Notes: a model not told the origin generated them from the letters alone. Positions 16,917 through 25,367 are shown, counted from the first letter of the stretch. The stretch: 57,759 nucleotides of DNA from Candidatus Eiseniibacteriota bacterium (GCA_031364505.1 JANLWK010000222.1:1-57759), one strand, 5' to 3'. Numbers and translations are program-made.

Positions 16917-17465
16917 CTAGGGCTCCCCGAGCCGGATGAAGCGGACTTCGGTGCTCGACGTCATCGCGACGGGAACGACGAGGTAGGCCGCTCCGGCGAC
17001 GGTCTCGCGCTTCTTGAACTTGCCTTGGCCCGCCTTGTCGAGGCCGAACTCCTGCGTGGTGCGAACCACGAACAGCCCGCCGGCCTCGGGCTCATGGAGC
17101 GAGTTCTCCACCTCCGTGCGCAGCCGCAGGCGCCCGTGAGTGAACGCGAAGTCCTTCCCTGAAACGAAGGTTCCTTCCTTCACGACCCCGCTGTCCCCGA
17201 GCGCCCGGACCGCGAGCGCCGTGTCGCCGATCGACCGGACCGAGATGGTGCGGATCGCCGCGTGGCGCAGCGTCGTGTCGCCGGGCCAGATGGTCTGCGA
17301 CAGGTAAGTGAAAACCTTGGGATCGCCCTCGCCGAGATTCTGGTAGGTACCCGCGAGGTCCTGGAGCCTGCGAGGCGCCCCGAATCCCACATTGGCGGGC
17401 GGCTTCGAAGCGAAGCAACCCATCAGTGCGACGGCGAGGATCGACGAGAACAGCGCGGACTTCAT
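16917..17465 (-). CDS. hypothetical lipoprotein
   Basis: ATG 17465. MKSALFSSILAVALMGC lipobox. Confidence 0.7.
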   Translation of the reverse strand: MKSALFSSILAVALMGCFASKPPANVGFGAPRRLQDLAGTYQNLGEGDPKVFTYLSQTIWPGDTTLRHAAIRTISVRSIGDTALAVRALGDSGVVKEGTFVSGKDFAFTHGRLRLRTEVENSLHEPEAGGLFVVRTTQEFGLDKAGQGKFKKRETVAGAAYLVVPVAMTSSTEVRFIRLGEP

Positions 17466-17788
17466 GACGAAGTGGCGCCTCTGATGGTGTTGCGATCGAT
17501 TGTCCATTTCACTCCCGCCAAGCACTGTAGGCCTGGCCGAACGCCGGGGGGAGTGCTAGTTGAAGTTCCTACCCGCTTTGAGAAGGATCTGCCGGCGGGC
17601 CGGGGCGTGGCATGACTCGGAGCGGTGCGGGACTCGTGAGACGATAACGAGTTACACGTTCCTTGCCGGCTCGGGCCTTGGACGGCACGGAACTCGCGTG
17701 TACTCACTGCCGGCACGCATCCGTCCAAGGTGCCGAGGCGAGCCCACGGACATGCAATCACTCCCCGAACGCGAAGGATGGACTCACC

Positions 17789-18220
17789 ATGAAGCATATT
17801 CGACTTGCCGGCCTGTGTGGCGTCGCATTGACCCTGTTGCTCGGCGCACCCAACACGGCTCGGGCGACGGTGACGTATCAGATGGGAGCGAGCACTGAGA
17901 TTCCGGCCGCGCAGGGGAAGGTGCGACTGCACCAGACGAAGAACGGCAACACGGAGATCAAACTCGCGGTCAAGCATCTCGCGCCGCCGGGGCGAATCGT
18001 CCCGGGCAGTGATCTCTTCGTCGTGTGGGTGAGGGGCCTGGCTCCGGGTTCGGCGGCTCAGAATCTGGGGGCCTTGAAGGTCGACAAGCGTCTGAATGGA
18101 AAGCTGGCCACCACGACGCCGCTGACCTCATTCGATCTCTTCATCACGTGCGAACAGTCGCCGTTGGCCACCATCCCTGCTTCGCCGGAATTGATGCCCG
18201 TCCATTACGACAAGCAGTAG
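17789..18220 (+). CDS. hypothetical secreted protein (143 aa)
   Basis: ATG 17789 follows GAAGGA. Signal peptide ...LLLGAPNTARA. All-beta-looking sequence with weak resemblance to RskA C-terminal-type domains (tentative). Confidence 0.65.
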   Translation: MKHIRLAGLCGVALTLLLGAPNTARATVTYQMGASTEIPAAQGKVRLHQTKNGNTEIKLAVKHLAPPGRIVPGSDLFVVWVRGLAPGSAAQNLGALKVDKRLNGKLATTTPLTSFDLFITCEQSPLATIPASPELMPVHYDKQ

Positions 18221-18239
18221 CTCAGGGACGTCGACCGAT

Positions 18240-18272
18240 CACTGCCCCGCCTGTCGCACAGGCGGGGCAGTG
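18240..18272. terminator. bidirectional hairpin between convergent genes
   Basis: CACTGCCCCGCCTGT-cgc-ACAGGCGGGGCAGTG: a perfect 15-bp GC-rich stem with a 3-nt loop, lying between stops at 18220 (+) and 18291 (-). There is no clear U-tract. Confidence 0.6.
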
Positions 18273-18290
18273 TCAGTTCCACCGTTCTCG

Positions 18291-19769
18291 TCAGTTCTGC
18301 TGGCTCACCGGTTGTCCGTTCGCCACCTGGGCACGGACGAAGAGGTACTCGCCGTCCCGCCGGTTCGTGCGCATGAGCTTGTTCCGGATCTGGTCGGCGC
18401 CCTCCTTGTCGCCGGCCTTCTCGCGCGCCGCGGCGCATCTCCATTGCGCGTAGCTATCCTGGGCGATGCAACGGGAGAGCGCCGCCGCGGCCCCCTTCGC
18501 GTCGCCGCGCGCCAGCGCGAGCTCGCCACGTCCGAGCTGCACGATGGATTGGAGTCCGGCGTTGGTCGGGGTCGCCCGGGCATCCGCCTCGAGCAGCGCC
18601 AGCGTCTGGGCCGCCGCGTCGATCTTGCCGCTCCGGGCTTCGGCCAGCATGCGATTCGTGAGCCCGGTGCGGCGCGCCGCGTTCACGGTGCCGCCGGGAA
18701 GTCCGGGCTTCGCGCCACGCTCGATGCCCTCGATGGCCGCGGCGATCGCTTCATCGTACTTACCGACATCCACCAGCTGCTTCGACCGGGTGATCGGGAC
18801 GAACACGTACGTGCCTTCCTCGTTCGCGGCCTTGGCCGCCTCGTCCAGCGCGTCCCACGTCTTCATCGCGTCCTCGAACCGACCGGCGGCGAGCTGGCTC
18901 CAGGCGCGATTGAACTCGAGCCCCAGTCGATCGACCGGCCGAGCCGCGGCCTTCTGGGCCGCGTCGAGCGCCTCCGTGCCACCATTCCAATCGTTGCGCA
19001 AGAACCTCGTCTGCGCCACGCCCTGCAGCGCGATGTAGAAGTCCGACGACGTGTCGAAGGCCTTCTGGAAGCTCGCCTCGGCATCGGCCAGACGGCTGGC
19101 GGTCATTTGGGCTTCGGCCAGCGAGTCGAACGTGTTGGGCTCGTTCGGCTCGAGCTCGCAGTACTTCTTGAACGCGGAGATGGCCTGGTCGTTCTTGTCC
19201 TGCGTCAGGTAGACGTAGCCGAGTGAGTTGTACGCGGCGCCCGACTTGGGATTGAGCCGGGTCGCCCGCTCGAGCGCGGTCGCGGCCAGGTCCCACTTGC
19301 GCTCACCGGTATAGACCCCGCCCAGCGTGAAGTGGACGTGCCAGTCGCCCGGCGCCAGCCTGGCCAGCTTCTCCCAGGCCGTGCGCGACTCGAGCTCCTT
19401 GCCTTGCGTGCCCGTGAGTAGCGCCTGGATCTCGAGCTTCTCCGTCTCGGGCAGCGAGGCGCCGAGCTGTTTCGCCTTCTCGAGCTCCGCCAGTCCTTCT
19501 GCTCCGGGTGACACCGATCCAAGATAGGCGTGCGCCAGCGCGAAGGCGGGATCCAGCTCGACGGCCTTCCGCATGCCCGCCTGGCCCTCGGCCACGCGCA
19601 CGTTGTCGAGCAGGTCACGCGCCGCCTGGAACGCCGCGACCGCCTCGGGCGACTTCGAGGTGATCGTGACCGAATTGGTCTTGGCCGCCGTCCTCGTGGC
19701 CCCGAGCCACAGGCCCGTGACCGCGAACACGGCCACGACCAGGAACATTGCCCTTCTCATGGTGTCCAT
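18291..19769 (-). CDS. secreted TPR-repeat protein
   Basis: 492-aa ORF. Signal peptide MRRAMFLVVAVFAVTG.... Repeated A-x-Y/F-x-L-G...A TPR signatures throughout. Confidence 0.8.
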   Translation of the reverse strand: MDTMRRAMFLVVAVFAVTGLWLGATRTAAKTNSVTITSKSPEAVAAFQAARDLLDNVRVAEGQAGMRKAVELDPAFALAHAYLGSVSPGAEGLAELEKAKQLGASLPETEKLEIQALLTGTQGKELESRTAWEKLARLAPGDWHVHFTLGGVYTGERKWDLAATALERATRLNPKSGAAYNSLGYVYLTQDKNDQAISAFKKYCELEPNEPNTFDSLAEAQMTASRLADAEASFQKAFDTSSDFYIALQGVAQTRFLRNDWNGGTEALDAAQKAAARPVDRLGLEFNRAWSQLAAGRFEDAMKTWDALDEAAKAANEEGTYVFVPITRSKQLVDVGKYDEAIAAAIEGIERGAKPGLPGGTVNAARRTGLTNRMLAEARSGKIDAAAQTLALLEADARATPTNAGLQSIVQLGRGELALARGDAKGAAAALSRCIAQDSYAQWRCAAAREKAGDKEGADQIRNKLMRTNRRDGEYLFVRAQVANGQPVSQQN

Positions 19770-20073
19770 CCTTCCGGCACGGCTTGGAAATACCGAGCCT
19801 TGAGCCGTTGCGAGAGATGCCCGGTCGCGCGCTCGATCCGTCGGGATGCCCGTTCCGCCGACGGATCAGAGCTGCATCAACGGTATAGGACCGTCGTACG
19901 CGATCAACCGCGCTCGACTGATTCATCCGCGCCGGTAGGAGCGGGAGGACGCGATGGTCGGGAATTCACCTGCTGGAGCGGCCCCTTGGCGTGACAGGAC
20001 CGGTGCGGATTTGGGACCACGATCGCAGCTGAAGCTGGGATGAGGCGTCGCAGGGCCGACAGCGCGATTGACG

Positions 20074-20093
20074 ATATGTCGGATCAGACATAC
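20074..20093. promoter_or_regulatory. imperfect palindromic operator overlapping the higB-like start
   Basis: ATATGTCGGATCAGACATAC is symmetric at 8 of 10 pairs. It lies between TTGACG (20068-20073) and TACAAG (20091-20096, 17-nt spacer) and contains ATG 20076. Confidence 0.5.
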
Positions 20094-20414
20094 AAGGAAC
20101 TCGTGTGGCTTGCAGGGGCGATCGCCACGCCACCACTCTCGAGGGAAGCCCGCATCGAGGCAGGCGTGCTGCTGAGGAAGCCGCAACAGGGAGAGAAGCT
20201 ATCCCTACCGCGCTCGCGGCCGATGCCGACGATTGGACCAGGATGTCACGAGTTGCGAATGCAGGATCGTGACGTCACGTGGCGGATCTTTTACTACATC
20301 GACACCGATGCCGTTGTTCTGCTCGAGGTCACCAACAAGAAGACTCGAGAGACATCGCAGCGAGTACTCGAAGCATGTAGGGCGAGATTGGCCCGCTACA
20401 AGGCAGTCGGCTAA
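20076..20414 (+). CDS. RelE/ParE-superfamily toxin, HigB / phage Gp49-like (DUF891)
   Basis: KELVWLAGA...ARIEAGVLLRKPQQGEKLSLPRSRPMPTIGPGCHELRMQDRDVTWRIFYYIDTDAVVLLEVTNKKTRET matches the Gp49-like toxin pattern (W.G.S...G..L..lQ.G..p...kpm..iG.G..ElR......yRv.Y......v.lL..F.KKt..T). An alternative GTG start is at 20103. Confidence 0.8.
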   Translation: MSDQTYKELVWLAGAIATPPLSREARIEAGVLLRKPQQGEKLSLPRSRPMPTIGPGCHELRMQDRDVTWRIFYYIDTDAVVLLEVTNKKTRETSQRVLEACRARLARYKAVG

Positions 20415-20437
20415 TCTCGACTTGGAGGAAGCGAACC

Positions 20438-20767
20438 ATGAAGTCAGCGAAGAAGAAGCGACTCGAGTCGGCGGCATGGAAGGTCGGTTCAGCGACCGAG
20501 TTTCTGGGTCTAACGCAGGCGGAAGCGGAGCTCGTCGAGATGAAGCTTGCTCTTGGCCACGTTTTGAAGCGCTATCGCGCGCGCAGGCGACTCACACAGG
20601 AAGCGCTTGCGAGCAAGCTCGGCTCGAGCCAATCGCGAGTCGCAAAGCTCGAATCGGGGTTTCGAGGAGTTACGCTGGATCTACTTTTTCGAGCCCTCTT
20701 TGCAGCGGGTGCGACAACGGACGACATCGCCCGAGAGATTCGCCACAAGAAGCGCCGAGCTGCATAA
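20438..20767 (+). CDS. XRE-family HTH antitoxin (HigA-like)
   Basis: ATG 20438 follows GGAGGAAG. HTH LTQEALASKLGSSQSRVAKLESG. It lies 23 nt downstream of the toxin. Confidence 0.85.
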   Translation: MKSAKKKRLESAAWKVGSATEFLGLTQAEAELVEMKLALGHVLKRYRARRRLTQEALASKLGSSQSRVAKLESGFRGVTLDLLFRALFAAGATTDDIAREIRHKKRRAA

Positions 20768-20881
20768 CCAGAAAACGATTCAAACGGTGCTCCGATACGT
20801 CCGGCTGGCGCGGCGAAGACCTCGTAGGCGCAATTCTCGGCCCCATCGATCGCCTGGATGTTCTTCATTGAACTCTCGCAC

Positions 20882-21790
20882 CTAATCCAAATACTTCCTC
20901 AAGAACGCCACCGCGCTCGGCCATGCCGCTTGAGTCGCCTTGAGGTTGGCGCCTTCGCGGGCATCTTGCTGGCGCAGGAAGCCGTGGCCGGCGCCGGCGT
21001 AGAGGTGCGGGTCGTAGGTGCGGCCGAGTTTCGCGAGGGCCTGTTTCGCGGGTTCGATCGTGGCGTCCACGCGGGCGTCGTCGCCGCCGTAGTGGCCCTG
21101 CACGGGCGTCTCGATCTGCAGCAGCGTGGCGCTGTCGGGGGACGTGCCGTAGAACACGATCGCGGCGGCGGGCGACGGGCGTGACGCGGCGTACTCGAAG
21201 CTCTTGCCGCCGCCCCAGCAGAAGCCCATCGTCGCGAACTTGCCGTTGGCGGCGGGGAGCGCGCGCCCGAAGTCGCGGGCCGCGTCGAGTCGGGCGCGCG
21301 TGTCTTCCGGCGTGAGTGCGCGCACGAGGGCGACGACGTCATCGCGGCTCGCCACGGAGTCGGTTCCGCCGCCTCCGGGGCCGCGGCCCGAGATCAGGTC
21401 GGGAGCGAGGGCGATGAAGCCTTCACGCGCGAGCTGATCGGCGACGCCGCGCATCCAGTCGCTGAGGCCGTAGATTTCGTGGATCAGGATCACGACACCG
21501 GCCTTGTCGGCACGCTCCGGATAGACGACCCACGCGTGCATCGGCTTCTCGCCGCCCGGCAGGGGCACGTCGACGTACTCGCCGTGGCGCGGCGAAGTGT
21601 CGAGAGCGGACTTCGCCGTGACCTCCGACGGCGGGAGGGCGCGCTGCGAGTTGGTGGCCGGTGACGCGGAACCAGATGCTGACCCAGGTGCCGACTCGGC
21701 TGCCGCCCCGGTTCCGGCCTGGTCGGTGTTCTTGCAGGCCGCGGTCGTGAGCGCCAGCACCACGGCCAACGTGATCGACATCGCTCGCAT
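20882..21790 (-). CDS. dienelactone hydrolase family protein, lipoprotein-type signal
   Basis: ATG 21790 follows GGGAGG. LTTAAC lipobox. HEIYGLSDWMRGVADQLAREGF. Nucleophile MGFCWGGG. C-terminal GAGHGF. Confidence 0.88.
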   Translation of the reverse strand: MRAMSITLAVVLALTTAACKNTDQAGTGAAAESAPGSASGSASPATNSQRALPPSEVTAKSALDTSPRHGEYVDVPLPGGEKPMHAWVVYPERADKAGVVILIHEIYGLSDWMRGVADQLAREGFIALAPDLISGRGPGGGGTDSVASRDDVVALVRALTPEDTRARLDAARDFGRALPAANGKFATMGFCWGGGKSFEYAASRPSPAAAIVFYGTSPDSATLLQIETPVQGHYGGDDARVDATIEPAKQALAKLGRTYDPHLYAGAGHGFLRQQDAREGANLKATQAAWPSAVAFLRKYLD

Positions 21791-21821
21791 GTGCACACCT
21801 CCCTGATCAGTCATCGGATCA

Positions 21822-22790
21822 TCACTTCACGGCGCTCGGCAGATGGATCGGCGGGAGAATAGCCTCGATCTCGGCGCGGTGTCCCTCGAACTGCGGGGGG
21901 AGCATGAGCCGTTGTCCGAGATGTTCCAGCGACTCGTCGACCTGGAAGCCAGGAGGCAGGGTCGCGAGCTCGAACAGCACGCCGCCCGGCTCGCGGAAGT
22001 AGACGGAGTGAAAATACTTCCGGTCGATCACGGGCGTCGGCGCGAGACCAGCGTCCTCGGCGCGCACGCGCACGGCGAGCTGTGCCGCATCATCGTCCAC
22101 TGCCCACGCCACGTGGTGCACCGTGCCGACTCCGCCGGTACCGCGGCCGAACCCGCCGATCGAGCGCACGTCGACACGCGCGCCCGGCCCACCGTCGCCC
22201 ACCGCGTATCGCCGTGTCGTGTCGTCGTCGCGGACCGCCCGGAAGCCGAGCGTCTCCACGAGCACGCGCTCGGTGGGATCGCCCGCGTCGACCCACAGCG
22301 TGACCGCGTGGAAGCCGTGAAGCGCGTGCTCGATCGCGATGCCCGGCGCTTCGCCCCACGCGGGCCGCGTGATCGCGCCGGCGTGGCCGACGATCTCGAG
22401 CATCAACCCGTCGGGGTCCTTGAACGCGAGCACCGTCTCCGCGTCGTCGTTGCGAGGGCCGCGCTTCCTCGGGCCCTGGTACTCGATGCCGTGACGCACG
22501 AGCCGTTCGATCCAGAATCCGATCGATGCCACCGGCGCCGAGAACGACGTGACCGCGACCTGGCCCGCACCCACGCGGCCGCCCCGCGCGCCGGGCCACG
22601 GGAAAAACGTCATGATGCTGCCGGGAGTGCCGCGCTCGTCGCCGTAGTAGAGATGGTAAGTGTGCGGATCGTCGAAGTTGACCGTGCGTTTGACGAGGCG
22701 CAGGCCGAGGAATCCCGCGTAGAAGTCGACGTTGCGCTGCGGATCGCCGGCGATCGCGGTGACGTGGTGAATCCCGAGCACGTTGCTCAT
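21822..22790 (-). CDS. two-domain VOC/glyoxalase-fold ring-cleaving dioxygenase (MhqO/YfiE-like)
   Basis: ATG 22790 follows GGGGAGG. GIHHVTAIAGDPQRNVDFY...LRLVKRTVNFDDPHTYHLYYGD... and a second module ...HHVAW...YFHSVYFREPGGVLFELAT. Confidence 0.88.
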   Translation of the reverse strand: MSNVLGIHHVTAIAGDPQRNVDFYAGFLGLRLVKRTVNFDDPHTYHLYYGDERGTPGSIMTFFPWPGARGGRVGAGQVAVTSFSAPVASIGFWIERLVRHGIEYQGPRKRGPRNDDAETVLAFKDPDGLMLEIVGHAGAITRPAWGEAPGIAIEHALHGFHAVTLWVDAGDPTERVLVETLGFRAVRDDDTTRRYAVGDGGPGARVDVRSIGGFGRGTGGVGTVHHVAWAVDDDAAQLAVRVRAEDAGLAPTPVIDRKYFHSVYFREPGGVLFELATLPPGFQVDESLEHLGQRLMLPPQFEGHRAEIEAILPPIHLPSAVK

Positions 22791-22858
22791 GACACCTCCC
22801 CCTGACCACAACGTCCTGCATGATGCCTGTCCCGCGCGCATTGCGGTAGATTGCTCCG

Positions 22859-23638
22859 ATGCCACCGGCCGACCGGCTCCTCGGGCACCTCGGGCTCAGG
22901 CGCGAGGCGCCCGCTCTCGACTACCTGCATCGCATCATTCGCGAGCACCAGACGCGCGTGCCGTTCGAGACGCTGACCAAGCTCATCGACTACGAGCCCG
23001 GGCTCCAGCGTGGCGACTTCCTGCCGTCGATTCCAGATTACGTCGACCGGATCGTGACCCGCGGCGCGGGCGGCCTGTGTTGGACACTCGCACGCGGGCT
23101 CCACTTCCTGCTCGCCGACCTCGGGTTCGACGCATCACTCATGGTCATGAATCCCGGGCACTGCTGCGTGCGCGTCGAATTGCCGGAGGGCTCGTACTAC
23201 GCGGATGTCGGATACGCGGCGCCGATCTTCCAGGCGTACCCGCTGTTCGAATCGTTCACGCTGACCTCGCACCGCGAGACGTTCCAGTACGACGTCGGCG
23301 AGGAGGGAATCGTGGTGACGCGCGAGCCCGGGCCGGCGAAGACGCTGGACCCCACGCCGCGTCGCATCGAAGACCTGCGCGAGCACATCGCGGCGGCGAA
23401 CGACTGGAGCGCGGCCACGAGCTTCCTGCACCGGCTCACCTACGCCGCCTATCCCGGCGGCGTGTACACGAGCCTCCGGAGCGGCACGCTCACGCGCTAC
23501 CTGCCGGGCGGCCCCGAGAAGCGCGAGCTCGCGCCCGACGAGGCGCCCGACGCGATCGCCGACATCTTCGGCGCGGACCCGGCGCTCTACCTCGAGGCGG
23601 CGGACGTCCTCCGTCGCTACCGCCCGACGCCCGAGTAG
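22859..23638 (+). CDS. arylamine N-acetyltransferase (NAT) family protein
   Basis: Catalytic Cys in RGAGGLCWTLARG. His (NPGHCCVRV) and Asp (YYADVGY) are in the expected order. Confidence 0.82.
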   Translation: MPPADRLLGHLGLRREAPALDYLHRIIREHQTRVPFETLTKLIDYEPGLQRGDFLPSIPDYVDRIVTRGAGGLCWTLARGLHFLLADLGFDASLMVMNPGHCCVRVELPEGSYYADVGYAAPIFQAYPLFESFTLTSHRETFQYDVGEEGIVVTREPGPAKTLDPTPRRIEDLREHIAAANDWSAATSFLHRLTYAAYPGGVYTSLRSGTLTRYLPGGPEKRELAPDEAPDAIADIFGADPALYLEAADVLRRYRPTPE

Positions 23639-23841
23639 GGCTTCGTTGAAGAACCTTCCTACGCAATAGGCGTTTTTGGCGCCCATTGCGCCCACGGGTC
23701 GCCGCAAGCAACGACGCAGGTCGTTTCGCGACACCGAGAGCAGGCTTCCCCGCGCCTTGGCATCAAACTGGCGTGGCATGTCGAAGGCGCCGCGCCGGGC
23801 GCTTCGCCCTCAGCCAGACATGCACCTTGGGACCCGCCTCC

Positions 23842-24402
23842 ATGAGCCTTCCGGACACCGAAGCCGAGACCATCCAACGGCTCGCACACGGCGATGAAAA
23901 GGCTCTTGTCCAGCTCTACGACCGCTACAGCGCGCTCGTGTACTCGGTGCTGCTTCGCATCCTGCCCCGGCCTTCCGATGCGCAGGAGGTGCTCGAGGAC
24001 ACGTGGGTGCAGGTATGGCAGACCGCGGCGACGTTCGACCGCTCGCACGGAACGTTTTCCGCCTGGGTGCTGACGATTGCCAGGGCCCGCGCCATCGAGC
24101 GAATGCGCAGCCCGGACCAGGCGAACGAGGCGCTCGAGAGTCTTGGCGCGTCGGAGCGCCGGGCCATCGAGCTTGCCTATTTTGGATGCCTTTCCCCGGT
24201 CCAAATCGCCGAGCGCCTCGACTCTTCACTGGACACCGTGAAGTCGTGGATGCGCAGCGGCCTGCTGCGGCTACGTGATGCGGCTGCGCCGGCGAGGGGG
24301 GTGCTGGGCCCGGGCGGAGCGACCGATCACATGAACTCAACACCTTGCTGGGTGGGGAACTCTCCCGCCAGCAGCGCCACTACACAGGGAGGTTTGGAAT
24401 GA
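23842..24402 (+). CDS. ECF-type sigma-70 family RNA polymerase sigma factor
   Basis: Region 2 (DAQEVLEDTWVQVWQ...FSAWVLTIARARAIERMR). Region 4 (SERRAIELAYFGCLSPVQIAERLDSSLDTVKSWMRSGLLRLR). About 40-aa C-terminal tail. Its stop overlaps the next start (ATGA, 24399-24402). Confidence 0.85.
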   Translation: MSLPDTEAETIQRLAHGDEKALVQLYDRYSALVYSVLLRILPRPSDAQEVLEDTWVQVWQTAATFDRSHGTFSAWVLTIARARAIERMRSPDQANEALESLGASERRAIELAYFGCLSPVQIAERLDSSLDTVKSWMRSGLLRLRDAAAPARGVLGPGGATDHMNSTPCWVGNSPASSATTQGGLE

Positions 24403-25271
24403 GCACGATCACGGTCGGTCAGGAAAACTCGACGAACATCGATCTCTACTACGAGGATCACGGCACGGGCCGGCCCGTCGTGTTGGTGCATGGATGGCCG
24501 CTGAGTGGGGCATCGTGGGAGAAGCAAGTGGCGGCGCTGATTGCAGCGGGCCACCGAGTCATCACGTACGACCGCAGAGGATTCGGACGATCCAGCCAGC
24601 CGGTGACGGGCTACGACTACGATACCCTCGCCGCCGACCTCGACACGTTGTTGAGTACGCTCGACCTGCGCGACGTCATGTTGGTCGGTTTCTCGATGGG
24701 GGGCGGGGAGGTCGCGCGCTTCCTGGCGAAGTACGGATCGGCGCGTATCAGCAAGGCGGTGTTCGTGTCCGCGATCCCGCCGTTCCTGCTGAAGACGCCC
24801 GACAATCCGGAGGGAGTCGATGGGAGTGTCTTCAAGGGAATCGAAGAGGCCATCATCGCCGATCGCCCCGCGTTCCTGTCCGCCTTCTTCGAAAAGTTCT
24901 ACAACGTCGATGTGCTGAGAGGGTCGCTCGTCAGCGACCAGGTCCTCCAGTACAGCTGGAATGTCGCGATCGGTGCCTCGGCCAAGGGCACCCTCGACTG
25001 CGTCTCCGCCTGGTTGACCGACTTCCGCAAGGATCTCCCGAGAGTCGACGTGCCCACGCTGGTGCTTCACGGCGATGCCGACCGGATTCTTCCCATCGCC
25101 GCCACGGGATTCCCGCTTGCCAAGAGCGTCAAAGGAGCCCAACTCGTCGTCGTGAACGGCGGGCCGCACGGCATCCTATGGACCCACTCGGAGCAGGTGA
25201 ATGCTGCCCTCCTGAGCTTCCTCGGCGCGGAATCTCAGAACGTCGTTCACACCGGGCCGGCCATCGCCTGA
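24399..25271 (+). CDS. alpha/beta hydrolase, non-haem haloperoxidase/arylesterase-like
   Basis: VLVHGWPLSG, nucleophile GFSMGGGE, HGDADRILP, ...GPHG. ATG 24399 is 8 nt after GGGAGG. Confidence 0.88.
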   Translation: MSTITVGQENSTNIDLYYEDHGTGRPVVLVHGWPLSGASWEKQVAALIAAGHRVITYDRRGFGRSSQPVTGYDYDTLAADLDTLLSTLDLRDVMLVGFSMGGGEVARFLAKYGSARISKAVFVSAIPPFLLKTPDNPEGVDGSVFKGIEEAIIADRPAFLSAFFEKFYNVDVLRGSLVSDQVLQYSWNVAIGASAKGTLDCVSAWLTDFRKDLPRVDVPTLVLHGDADRILPIAATGFPLAKSVKGAQLVVVNGGPHGILWTHSEQVNAALLSFLGAESQNVVHTGPAIA

Positions 25272-25277
25272 TCGCTA

Positions 25278-25367
25278 CCCGAAGCCATCGCCGACATCTT
25301 CGTCGCGGACCCGGCGCCGTACCTCGAGGCGGCCGAGGCGCTTCGTAATCGTCCGGAAGTGACGTGA
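25278..25367 (+). pseudogene. 29-codon remnant of a second NAT gene 3' end
   Basis: PEAIADIFVADPAPYLEAAEALRNRPEVT* aligns with the end of the NAT at 23548-23638 (PDAIADIFGADPALYLEAADVLRRYRPTPE*). There is also clear nucleotide similarity. Confidence 0.7.

Noticed and set aside
20572-20868. 98-aa minus-strand ORF (MKNIQAIDGAENCAYEVF...) downstream of and antisense to the HigA-like gene.
   Set aside because: Two thirds of it is antisense to a well-supported antitoxin gene. Only about 33 codons lie in intergenic DNA. There is no SD or family resemblance. It could be a gene fragment, but this is not supportable.
25269-25367. Possible stop-codon read-through extending the hydrolase into the in-frame NAT remnant.
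   Set aside because: No recoding signal is visible. The shared frame is most simply coincidental.
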